A stretch of 64,000 nucleotides of DNA from an uncultured Gammaproteobacteria bacterium. GTDB taxonomy: Bacteria; Patescibacteriota; Patescibacteriia; VMEV01; CAZAJQ01. Shown here piece by piece: positions 36,659 to 44,517 of this stretch. A model generated the notes under the pieces. That model ran no database searches. It was not told the DNA's origin and saw only the letters and a list, made by a program, of their open reading frames with translations. Location: NCBI GenBank assembly GCA_964485795.1, contig CAZAJQ010000001.1, positions 142,014 through 206,013 on the forward strand. The letters run 5' to 3'. A program made the translations under genes and the position numbers. How positions within the stretch are numbered: the first letter of the stretch is position 1; each line of letters starts with the position of its first letter.

Positions 36659-37375
36659 TCATTCCCCGCGGCACAAGGCCAATCCCATAACGGATTTTGC
36701 TCCGACTTTTTTGAGGACTTTGGCGGCCTCCTGCATGGTGGCACCCGTGGAATAAACGTCATCCACGAGCATTATATTTCGACCGCGAACGGATGACGAA
36801 TCAACGCAAGCAAATACCCCATGAACGCTTATTTCGCGTTCTTTTTTTATTTTCGTCACCTGTGAGCTTCGGTAGTGCGTGCGGATCAACGCCAGAGTAT
36901 TGATTTGTGCGGGTACATGACATTGGATCAAGGCAAGGGCAAGACGTTCGGATTGGTTGAATCCCCGATCTCTCAATCGCTGCCGATGAAGCGGGATTGG
37001 GATGAGGATGGCGTCGCAATGACGCAACGAAACCTTGTGAGCCAAGAGTCGCTGTCGCATATACAAAGCCAGCACGGTAGCGATCTCTTCCACGTATTCA
37101 TATTTGAATGCCAAGAGAAGTTTTTTCACCAAAGCCTGTTCATACGACACGGCGACGAGGAGTCTATCGAGATGGCTTGTTTTCTCGCATGCGCGACACG
37201 GTACGCCATCGGTATTCTGCTGATAGCAGACCGGGCATATCTGATACGGAAGAAGCGAGACGGTGTCGATGCAATCCGTGCAACAAAAATCGACTTCCCG
37301 ATTGCACCCCAAACACACCTTTGGAAAAAGGCTATCCAAAAAAATCTGTCGCATGTGAAATAAAAAATCCTCCAT
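36659..37375 (-). CDS. comF: ComF-family phosphoribosyltransferase (competence protein ComFC-like)
   Basis: N-terminal double zinc-finger cysteines (CLGCNREVDFCCTDC ... CPVCY) and a C-terminal PRTase motif (IMLVDDVYSTGATM). Confidence 0.75.
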   Translation of the reverse strand: MEDFLFHMRQIFLDSLFPKVCLGCNREVDFCCTDCIDTVSLLPYQICPVCYQQNTDGVPCRACEKTSHLDRLLVAVSYEQALVKKLLLAFKYEYVEEIATVLALYMRQRLLAHKVSLRHCDAILIPIPLHRQRLRDRGFNQSERLALALIQCHVPAQINTLALIRTHYRSSQVTKIKKEREISVHGVFACVDSSSVRGRNIMLVDDVYSTGATMQEAAKVLKKVGAKSVMGLALCRGE

Positions 37376-37444
37376 AGAAATGTGGGGGATTTTTTATGAA
37401 ACCGATCGATCATATCAGCACGCTGATAGGCTACGAGACGCATT

Positions 37445-38026
37445 TTACAACCAAAATGCTCCGCTGACAAGCCAATGACCGTCGAGTTTTTGAAGCTCGA
37501 TTTTGAGGTCTTTGAGCTTTGCCGCTAAAACGACCTCGCCGGCTTTGGATTCAAGCGTTTGAACCTTGGCGGTAACGACGGCTTTTTCCGCGTCAAGCGC
37601 ACTTTCCAGTGAAATGACTTTGGCGCTGATACCCTGATAGACTTCGGTACCGGCGGCATAGGTGTCTCGTATCGTCGACTGATACGTCGTAAGCCATTCC
37701 TGCATTTTTGGAGTGGATAATGTTTTCAAATCCGAAAACCCGGAAAACTCGGTTTGATTTGAGTAGCTGCCGTATTTTTCCGCGAAAATGCGGGCAATCA
37801 CTTCCACTTCCGATTCATCGCGACTGGGCTTTGCTTCCGGGGAGGTCAGCGCTTCTTCCGGCGTTTGCGGAGTGCTGTCCAGCCGCGAGGCGGTATCCAA
37901 AGCCGGAGGAAGCGCGCCGCTGAGATTTTCGGAAACCTGTTGCGTTCCCCCGTTTCGCGTCGCAAACCAATACCATGCGAGCGCAAGAACCGCGAGGATC
38001 CCCAAAAAGGCAAAAATTTTTTTCAT
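37445..38026 (-). CDS. hypothetical bitopic membrane protein (possible VirB8-like NTF2-fold component)
   Basis: N-terminal transmembrane helix, a proline/serine-rich linker, and a C-terminal approximately 110 aa domain with an NTF2-like hydrophobic pattern. Sits immediately downstream of the VirB4-like gene. The VirB8 assignment is inference only. Confidence 0.35.
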   Translation of the reverse strand: MKKIFAFLGILAVLALAWYWFATRNGGTQQVSENLSGALPPALDTASRLDSTPQTPEEALTSPEAKPSRDESEVEVIARIFAEKYGSYSNQTEFSGFSDLKTLSTPKMQEWLTTYQSTIRDTYAAGTEVYQGISAKVISLESALDAEKAVVTAKVQTLESKAGEVVLAAKLKDLKIELQKLDGHWLVSGAFWL

Positions 38027-38166
38027 AGTTTCTCCCTCTGTTTAGAAAACGTCTTCATAAACACGAAATGGAACTTTTTTTTCAAAATTCTCTCTGCTCG
38101 AGATGCCGTTTTCACTCATTCGTCGAAAACTCCGCCCCGATGGTGACCGTATCAAAGTGAAGCGGG

Positions 38167-40065
38167 CTATTTCTCTTTCTCGAGAGCTTTCGCAAACTCC
38201 GCTTTTGCGTCTTCGAGCTCGAGGATTTGTCTCGGATCGGAGGTGATGATCTGATCTTCGGTGTAAGAAGCGACGATCTTAATGGCCGCGTGTTTGGCAC
38301 CCGCAAAGAAAATGCCTTCGCCCACACCGCCTTCAAGGAGCAAGTACTTTTCCCCTTCGGTGAGTAAAAAAGTTTTTTGCACGAGGTCTATGGCCGCCGG
38401 AGACTGCTTGAGCAAAAGCTGCAGGGAGGAATTATTGAGGATCGCCTGTCCGTACGGTGAAGAAAGAAAATCATTGACGTCTTGGGTGATGGTCGTCACG
38501 CCAAGATAGTATTTTCTGCAGCGCTTCACCAGCGCATAGATGAATTTCGCGGAATCCTCCCGCTGCATCAGCCACCAAGCTTCGTCGATCACGAGAATGC
38601 GTTTTTTCAGCTCGGAACGGACCACATTCCAGATGTAATTGACGATCGTGTAAATGGCGATAGGGCGAAGCTCGTCTTCAAGATCGCGCACGGAAAACAC
38701 CACAAGCTGATTTCTCATATCCACGTTTGTCGGACTATTGAACAGCCCCGAAAACGTGCCTTGCGTGAATTTGCGCAGCCGCATGGCCAAGTCTTCGCCT
38801 CCGGCCATACCTTCGAGAACGTCTTCAAAATCCTGCATCAGCGGCGCTTCGACACGGCTCAAGTCCGAATCCGCGGTGATATCTTTTTTCGCGTACGTTT
38901 CAAGCAAAGCCCGATCCACGATGGAGTCATCCTTATGCGAAAGATGCCCGATCATGAGGCGAACCAAGCCTTTCAAAGTGATGACCGCCGAGCGAATGAT
39001 GTCCGATGTCTTGACTTCGGATCCGATGGGACGAGGCAGATCAAAAGGATTGATTTTCGCTTCGGAAGCGAGGGAAATATTGATATAGGTGCCGCCCACC
39101 GCATCGGAAAGGTGCTTGTACTCCATCTCCGGATCGATGATGATGATTTCCACGCCCATCATGAGCGAACGCAACACTTCGAGCTTGATCGCATAGCTTT
39201 TTCCGGCTCCGGATGTGGCGAAAATGGAAAAATTGGCGTTTTGCAATGAAAAACGATCAAAAAGAATTAAGCTGTTGTTATGCCGATTGATGCCGTACAA
39301 AATGCCGTTATCGGAAGTGAGCTCCGAAGAAATGAAAGGAAACGAGGATGCGCATGGGGATGAATTCATGTTAAACGACACCATGAGCTCATCGTTGCCC
39401 AAAGGCAAGGTGGAATTGAACCCTTGCTCGGCTTGATAGAGCACCCTTCGCGAATAAATCAATTTGGAACCGAAAACCAGCTCGATGTCATTGGAAATTT
39501 TATCGAGTTCTTCTTTATTTTCCGCATAGGCGGTGACATAAAGAGCGAATTGAAAAAACTTTTCCACGCCCTGCGTCAGACGATCGCGCAATTCCTCGAT
39601 ATCGCGCAAGGCCGTCTCTCGTATCGGGTCTCGGGGAGCGCCTTTTTCGGAATCGCTGATGATCTGCGCTTCGACATAGCCGACTTTTTTTTGCAGCTGT
39701 TTGAGCACGATATGCGCCGGAACCGGATAAAAAAACATGGCGATATCAAGCGTCACGCTCATATTGATCACCGGCGCAAACCAGCCCACGGATATATAGC
39801 GCGGATAGGTGACAACAAAATGGGTACGGACGATTTTCGTGCCCAAAACCACATGATCGGGATTCACTTTGAACGCCGCGGGCGATATCAAATCGCGCAC
39901 CGAAATGGCGCCCCTGCGATACACTCGTTCGGCTTCGACGATTTCCTTTTGACGATTTTGCTCGGCCAGCTTTGCGATACGAGTCGCTTCTTTTTCCGAA
40001 ACGGACACCTCGTCTTTCAGAGGAGAAACGTCTATGGGCGAGATGGATTGTGGGGTGATGGGCAT
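38167..40065 (-). CDS. VirB4/TrbE/PrgJ-family type IV secretion ATPase (C-terminal approximately 630 aa: domain linker plus ATPase)
   Basis: Walker A FATSGAGKSYAIK, Walker B LVIDEAWWLM, and conserved VirB4 regions (VTYPRYISVGWFAPVINM, IIIDPEMEY). Confidence 0.75.
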   Translation of the reverse strand: MPITPQSISPIDVSPLKDEVSVSEKEATRIAKLAEQNRQKEIVEAERVYRRGAISVRDLISPAAFKVNPDHVVLGTKIVRTHFVVTYPRYISVGWFAPVINMSVTLDIAMFFYPVPAHIVLKQLQKKVGYVEAQIISDSEKGAPRDPIRETALRDIEELRDRLTQGVEKFFQFALYVTAYAENKEELDKISNDIELVFGSKLIYSRRVLYQAEQGFNSTLPLGNDELMVSFNMNSSPCASSFPFISSELTSDNGILYGINRHNNSLILFDRFSLQNANFSIFATSGAGKSYAIKLEVLRSLMMGVEIIIIDPEMEYKHLSDAVGGTYINISLASEAKINPFDLPRPIGSEVKTSDIIRSAVITLKGLVRLMIGHLSHKDDSIVDRALLETYAKKDITADSDLSRVEAPLMQDFEDVLEGMAGGEDLAMRLRKFTQGTFSGLFNSPTNVDMRNQLVVFSVRDLEDELRPIAIYTIVNYIWNVVRSELKKRILVIDEAWWLMQREDSAKFIYALVKRCRKYYLGVTTITQDVNDFLSSPYGQAILNNSSLQLLLKQSPAAIDLVQKTFLLTEGEKYLLLEGGVGEGIFFAGAKHAAIKIVASYTEDQIITSDPRQILELEDAKAEFAKALEKEK

Positions 40066-40076
40066 AGGTTGGAAGT

Positions 40077-40106
40077 AAGTTCTCAGCAGTCAGTACTCAG
40101 TTCTCA
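40077..40106 (+). repeat. heptamer (TACTCAG-type) repeat in the gap between the two VirB4 ORFs
   Basis: AAGTTCTCAGCAGTCAGTACTCAGTTCTCAG. The same short intergenic segment also contains the GAGAACTTA direct repeats. Confidence 0.6.
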
Positions 40107-40148
40107 GAAATAAGTTCTCAATGCTCGGCAGTGAGCTTGAAGATGGGG

Positions 40149-40826
40149 TCAGTCGACTTGAATTTTGCTGGTCTCAACGAGTTTTTGATTTTGAGAAACG
40201 ACGGGATTGTAACTATTATAGTACAATTCGATGAGATTTTGTGTATTGAGCATTACCGAATTCAGCCCCATGCTGTTCAGCCCCTGTCGGATAAGGCTGA
40301 CCCGCTGCATGAGATCTTTTTTGCGAGAGACGAAACGTTTTCGGTCGAGCGTCACGGCCGCAGCCGGTCGCAAACTTTCGGACAATCGGGAAAAAAATCC
40401 CTTTTGTTTGTTTGACAGCGGATCATAGGGAACGGTGAGGTAAAATTTTTTGCTCATGATTTGCCCCAAGGAAACCAGCTCCTGGATATATTGACGATAT
40501 TCGATGGTCTGCATGCGCAGAAGCTCGTTGGTTTGCTCCTTTTCCATTGATTTGAGACGCTCGATGTAATTGTCGATGTTGAGCTTGCGTGATTGCACCA
40601 CGATCTGTATGGGAAATTCAAAGGAATTGATGAAACTCACATACGAAGAAATCACGGCGTTTTGTTCGTCTTCGGACTTCAGAGCAAAATTTATGGACGA
40701 TACCAAAAGCACGGCGCGCAAAGTGCCGTCATTGAGCACCACCGCATCGTCACGGATCTCATAAATGTCAAGGTATTTTTGCGTGGACTGACGGGTGATT
40801 TTTTTTGCGAGTTTTTTGTTTTGCAT
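40149..40826 (-). CDS. VirB4 N-terminal domain protein (separate ORF)
   Basis: Pattern typical of the VirB4 N-terminal domain (DGTLRAVLLVSSINFALKSEDEQNAVISSYVSFINSFEFPIQIVVQSRKLNIDNYIERL). Its frame differs from the downstream ATPase ORF and it ends 84 nt before that ORF's ATG. Confidence 0.55.
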   Translation of the reverse strand: MQNKKLAKKITRQSTQKYLDIYEIRDDAVVLNDGTLRAVLLVSSINFALKSEDEQNAVISSYVSFINSFEFPIQIVVQSRKLNIDNYIERLKSMEKEQTNELLRMQTIEYRQYIQELVSLGQIMSKKFYLTVPYDPLSNKQKGFFSRLSESLRPAAAVTLDRKRFVSRKKDLMQRVSLIRQGLNSMGLNSVMLNTQNLIELYYNSYNPVVSQNQKLVETSKIQVD

Positions 40827-40859
40827 AGGAAAATTTCAACGAATGTCGGACATTCCCCT

Positions 40860-41333
40860 TTATGAAGGGGGGGCTTTCTGGTTTAAAATGCCCTCCCCCC
40901 GATACTCTCCTCCGGTGTCGACGATGAGAGCGATTTCGGAGAGCGAAGATGAGCCGAGCGGACGCTTGAGCGGGACGGGATCTTCTCCGGCGACCACGGA
41001 TTCGGTTTCGCGTTTCAGGATGGCCGAAACTTCGGCATCCGTGAGGCTTTTGTCCCAGACGCGAAGCTTGGGCTTTCGAAACGTCTGGATGATATTGAGG
41101 ATGAAATAATGAAACGGCATGCCATTGACCCTGAAAAACGCGAAAAGCGCGGTAACTCCCACATCCACTATCGCGGATATGACAAAGTAAACGAAGTATC
41201 GGGTGGAAAGAAGCTTGAAAAGTATGAAAAGAATCAATCCTCCGACGATGAGCAGGACAAATTGTCGCGTGGTGATGGGTCCGAAAATCTTGTCCTCCAC
41301 GTCAATGAATTGCGGAACCGTGAATTGCTGCAT
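40860..41333 (-). CDS. VirB3/PrgI-like small membrane protein
   Basis: N-terminus FTVPQFIDVEDKIFGPITTRQFVLLIVGG with two transmembrane helices, resembling the PrgI/VirB3 family, and placed immediately upstream of VirB4. Confidence 0.5.
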   Translation of the reverse strand: MQQFTVPQFIDVEDKIFGPITTRQFVLLIVGGLILFILFKLLSTRYFVYFVISAIVDVGVTALFAFFRVNGMPFHYFILNIIQTFRKPKLRVWDKSLTDAEVSAILKRETESVVAGEDPVPLKRPLGSSSLSEIALIVDTGGEYRGEGILNQKAPPS

Positions 41334-41349
41334 AGGATTCTTTCAAAGG

Positions 41350-43047
41350 CTAATGGGAAAATCGCAATCGACCCGACAGTTTCAAGATCGACAGGCATTC
41401 TTCATAGGTCAAAGTTTCCTTTTTCGCTTTTTGCCTTTGCGCTATAGCTTCCTTGATACTTTGACCGCCTTGCAAACATTCCCAGAGAATCGTCTTGTAC
41501 TGCGAAAAAACTTCCGATCGTCGGAAAGCCTCGATCGCAAGGATATAATTGGAAAAAGATTCCTGTCGCAAAAAATAAATCTTATCGTAAATCTTCTGGC
41601 ATATGTCTTTTGGCTTTGACGCCAAACGGCGGAAATCCGTCAAAGAATATTCCAGCTCGGTAACGGGTGAACGAAGCTTGAACTTGTCCGCATCTTTGGA
41701 CACCGGAGATATCGTTTCGGCGGATTTTTCGTATATGACCTCGGTAATCTTTGATGCATTCCCTTTCTTTTCTTCATTCATTTCAGGTTGAACCTTCCGT
41801 GTTGTATCGATCGCGGGCACAATGGAATCTTCGACTGCCGGAAGCTTGAGAACATTGCTCTTTTCCGTGCCCTCCTTTGCCGAGATCGGCTCTATGGCTT
41901 CAAAGGGGTGATTCATCTCGCTCGCATGAACCGATTCTTTTTTTGTATTCTCTTGAAGCTTCGTCGATAAAGTAGATGGAGTTTGAAGTGTTTGTTTCGT
42001 TCCTGCCAACAGCTCTGCAACCGGTTTTGTCATCTCGCTTTTCTTCCTCAGCTGAGGAACCGCCGGCTCTTGCATCTTTTTCTGCGAACCGGCCGATAAA
42101 CTTTTATGAAATTGCTCCTTGTCTTTGTCGGTAACTTCGGAGTAAATATCCGCGAGAATTTTTTGCGTCAGCTCTTCGGCTTCTTTTTTCACGTCAAAAG
42201 GCGTTTCTTTTTTGACTTCCGTGGAGCTTGGAAACGGTTCTTCGACCGGTGAAGACATAATTTCCCGTTTCGGGGGCACCAAAATTTCAACCTCCGAAAC
42301 GACCGGTAGAGGTCTTGACGCTCCCGCCTTGAGTTCCGCTTTTTCTTTGAGCGACATCGGTCTTATGGGAGACGGCATGGAAGATTTCATCTCCGCGGGC
42401 TTTGGCGATTGTTTGCTTCCCGACGCCGATTTGAACTCGATTTTTTTTGGCAATGGCGGCAAAATCTTATGATCCGCCCCGCTAAAAGATTTTTGCACCG
42501 AGGCCTGAAACCCTTCAAAAGGAAGCTGCATGGCTTCGGCCGTCAAGCGCAATAAAATATCGGCCTGATGAGCGAGAAGCGACACTCCGCCGGAAGCGAT
42601 ATCGGAAACGAGCATTTTTTTGAAATCGTAATTTTTTCTGACGTTTTTCAGACGGCTGACAACGAGGGACACGAGCCTCCGGCGCAAATCCTTGCTCATG
42701 ACGAGAATTCCGCTTTTCTTGATGATTTCATGCGCCTTGACTTCATCGTGATTGCCGCTTTGAGCGGGCATTAGCGATTTGAAACGCTCGATCTCGCGAT
42801 CTTGCCCGACAGAGTCGAGCGGATCGTCTTTGAGAATGTCCCCTCTCGTCAAAGGCTCGTCGGTGGTTATCGTTTTTTGCAAGGTTTCCGCTGAAACCGT
42901 TTCGGACGCGCGATCCAGGACGACTGCCGGATACTGATCCAAGGGTATCAATTTCCCCCGCGACAGCACTTTGAAGCTCCCATCATTGTCTTTGATGAGC
43001 ATATCGTCGTCATGGAGCTCGATGTCGGGGAAGTTGTTGTCGGACAT
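41350..43047 (-). CDS. hypothetical protein (565 aa, low-complexity central region)
   Basis: Long ORF with operon spacing inside the T4SS-like cluster. No known motif. Confidence 0.5.
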   Translation of the reverse strand: MSDNNFPDIELHDDDMLIKDNDGSFKVLSRGKLIPLDQYPAVVLDRASETVSAETLQKTITTDEPLTRGDILKDDPLDSVGQDREIERFKSLMPAQSGNHDEVKAHEIIKKSGILVMSKDLRRRLVSLVVSRLKNVRKNYDFKKMLVSDIASGGVSLLAHQADILLRLTAEAMQLPFEGFQASVQKSFSGADHKILPPLPKKIEFKSASGSKQSPKPAEMKSSMPSPIRPMSLKEKAELKAGASRPLPVVSEVEILVPPKREIMSSPVEEPFPSSTEVKKETPFDVKKEAEELTQKILADIYSEVTDKDKEQFHKSLSAGSQKKMQEPAVPQLRKKSEMTKPVAELLAGTKQTLQTPSTLSTKLQENTKKESVHASEMNHPFEAIEPISAKEGTEKSNVLKLPAVEDSIVPAIDTTRKVQPEMNEEKKGNASKITEVIYEKSAETISPVSKDADKFKLRSPVTELEYSLTDFRRLASKPKDICQKIYDKIYFLRQESFSNYILAIEAFRRSEVFSQYKTILWECLQGGQSIKEAIAQRQKAKKETLTYEECLSILKLSGRLRFSH

Positions 43048-43125
43048 AATATCGCATTAGCGCACTCTGAAAAAGAATGGTTCGTCAAATCTGCGAACGA
43101 GTACTCGGTTGTAAATTCTCAGCTC

Positions 43126-44508
43126 TTATTTTTTCATCCACACAAAAGCATTGGTTTGCATGTCGAAAAAAGAAAGCTGGGCGTATTTTTTTATTCCGGA
43201 TTTCTGTGAAATTTTTGAAATTTGCATGCCCACCATGCACGCTTGGGGCACCGATTGCTTGAGCCGATGCACAAAAAGGTATTCAAGGAATATCTGAAGA
43301 TTTCGCGGAGTTCCCGGGAGGATGGTATAGCTTTGCAAAGCGTCCGCGTCTTTTTTGACCTCGCGCAAATATTTTTCAAATTCACGGGCGATTTTGACCT
43401 CGCGAAGCATATCATCCAACCAGCCGTTTTTCGCCAAAAGCCGCAACGAAGCGATCGTTTTGATCATGTTTGGATTATAGCCTGTTTTGGGATTCATTGC
43501 ATCAAAAACATAGTTCATCAAAGCGTGTTTCAGATCATGGGCATCGCCCAAAATTTCATTTTCGGATTCGGCGATGAGCGTTTGCTCTTCCGCGCTGCCC
43601 CGATAATCCGTCACATTGCCGGAAAAATTCACTGCGCTTGTTTTGAAAGTCGGCGCCGTAGGCAAACTCGGCAATCCGGCGGGGAGTTTCGGTTTTTGGG
43701 GTGATGCAACGCCACCGTTTTTTTTCAGCTTCTGCGCGATATCGTATACGGTCGTCACATCGACTTTTTCGCCGGTTTCGATGTCATACATTTCTCCGCG
43801 ATCATAATCATAGGCCTTGTCTCCGACGATGAGTATGCCCTCTTCATCGAGCCCCTGCGGAGTGAACGAAGGCATCTTCAGATAAAGGTAAAGGTTGAAC
43901 AGGTTCAGAATCTTTTTTTTCTCATCGGACAGTAGACGATTGAACGCTCGATCCTGCGTTTTAAACTTGGAAATTTCCAATGCGCTGACGACCGGAAAAA
44001 CGTTGAATTTTGCGATGAGATACCGCATCCAATCGCCCAAACTCCCCTCGATCTCTCCGTCGTCGCGGAGAATATTTTGCGTGATCACTTCTTTGTTGCG
44101 GGTCAACGAGTCCAAAAAACGCTTTTTGACGGCGTCGCGATCTTCCCAGTCCACGATATTGCCGCGTATGAAGGTGCGAAGGTTCAAGATGAGGTCAAAA
44201 CCTTCGCGGTCGAATTCGAGAACCGACCCGAGATGGCTTTCGAGGAGGCGGAGGATATCATTGATCGTCAAGGTTCGTATCATTCGGAAACGAAGCTTCA
44301 TGAGCAGCAAACGAAGCTCTTTTTCATTGGCTGAGCCGACATTGACGTCAAAGGGATTTTGAAGCTTCCCTTCGAGAGTTTCGATGAATTTTGAAGTTTG
44401 CCCGTTCGCATCTGCAAGCAAATCCAAACCTTCCCGATACACTTCTTCAAACGTGTCCGGGACGAGGATTTCAGGGAGGGTGAGGGATTGGATGTCGGGC
44501 ATAGGCAT
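43126..44508 (-). CDS. hypothetical protein (460 aa)
   Basis: Long ORF with operon spacing inside the T4SS-like cluster. No known motif. Confidence 0.5.
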   Translation of the reverse strand: MPMPDIQSLTLPEILVPDTFEEVYREGLDLLADANGQTSKFIETLEGKLQNPFDVNVGSANEKELRLLLMKLRFRMIRTLTINDILRLLESHLGSVLEFDREGFDLILNLRTFIRGNIVDWEDRDAVKKRFLDSLTRNKEVITQNILRDDGEIEGSLGDWMRYLIAKFNVFPVVSALEISKFKTQDRAFNRLLSDEKKKILNLFNLYLYLKMPSFTPQGLDEEGILIVGDKAYDYDRGEMYDIETGEKVDVTTVYDIAQKLKKNGGVASPQKPKLPAGLPSLPTAPTFKTSAVNFSGNVTDYRGSAEEQTLIAESENEILGDAHDLKHALMNYVFDAMNPKTGYNPNMIKTIASLRLLAKNGWLDDMLREVKIAREFEKYLREVKKDADALQSYTILPGTPRNLQIFLEYLFVHRLKQSVPQACMVGMQISKISQKSGIKKYAQLSFFDMQTNAFVWMKK

Positions 44509-44517
44509 ACAAAAAGA

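Noticed and set aside
40149-40826. Calling the 225 aa ORF an independent hypothetical protein
   Set aside because: Its sequence pattern matches the VirB4 N-terminal domain and continues into the downstream ATPase ORF. It was therefore treated as part of a split VirB4, not as an unrelated gene.
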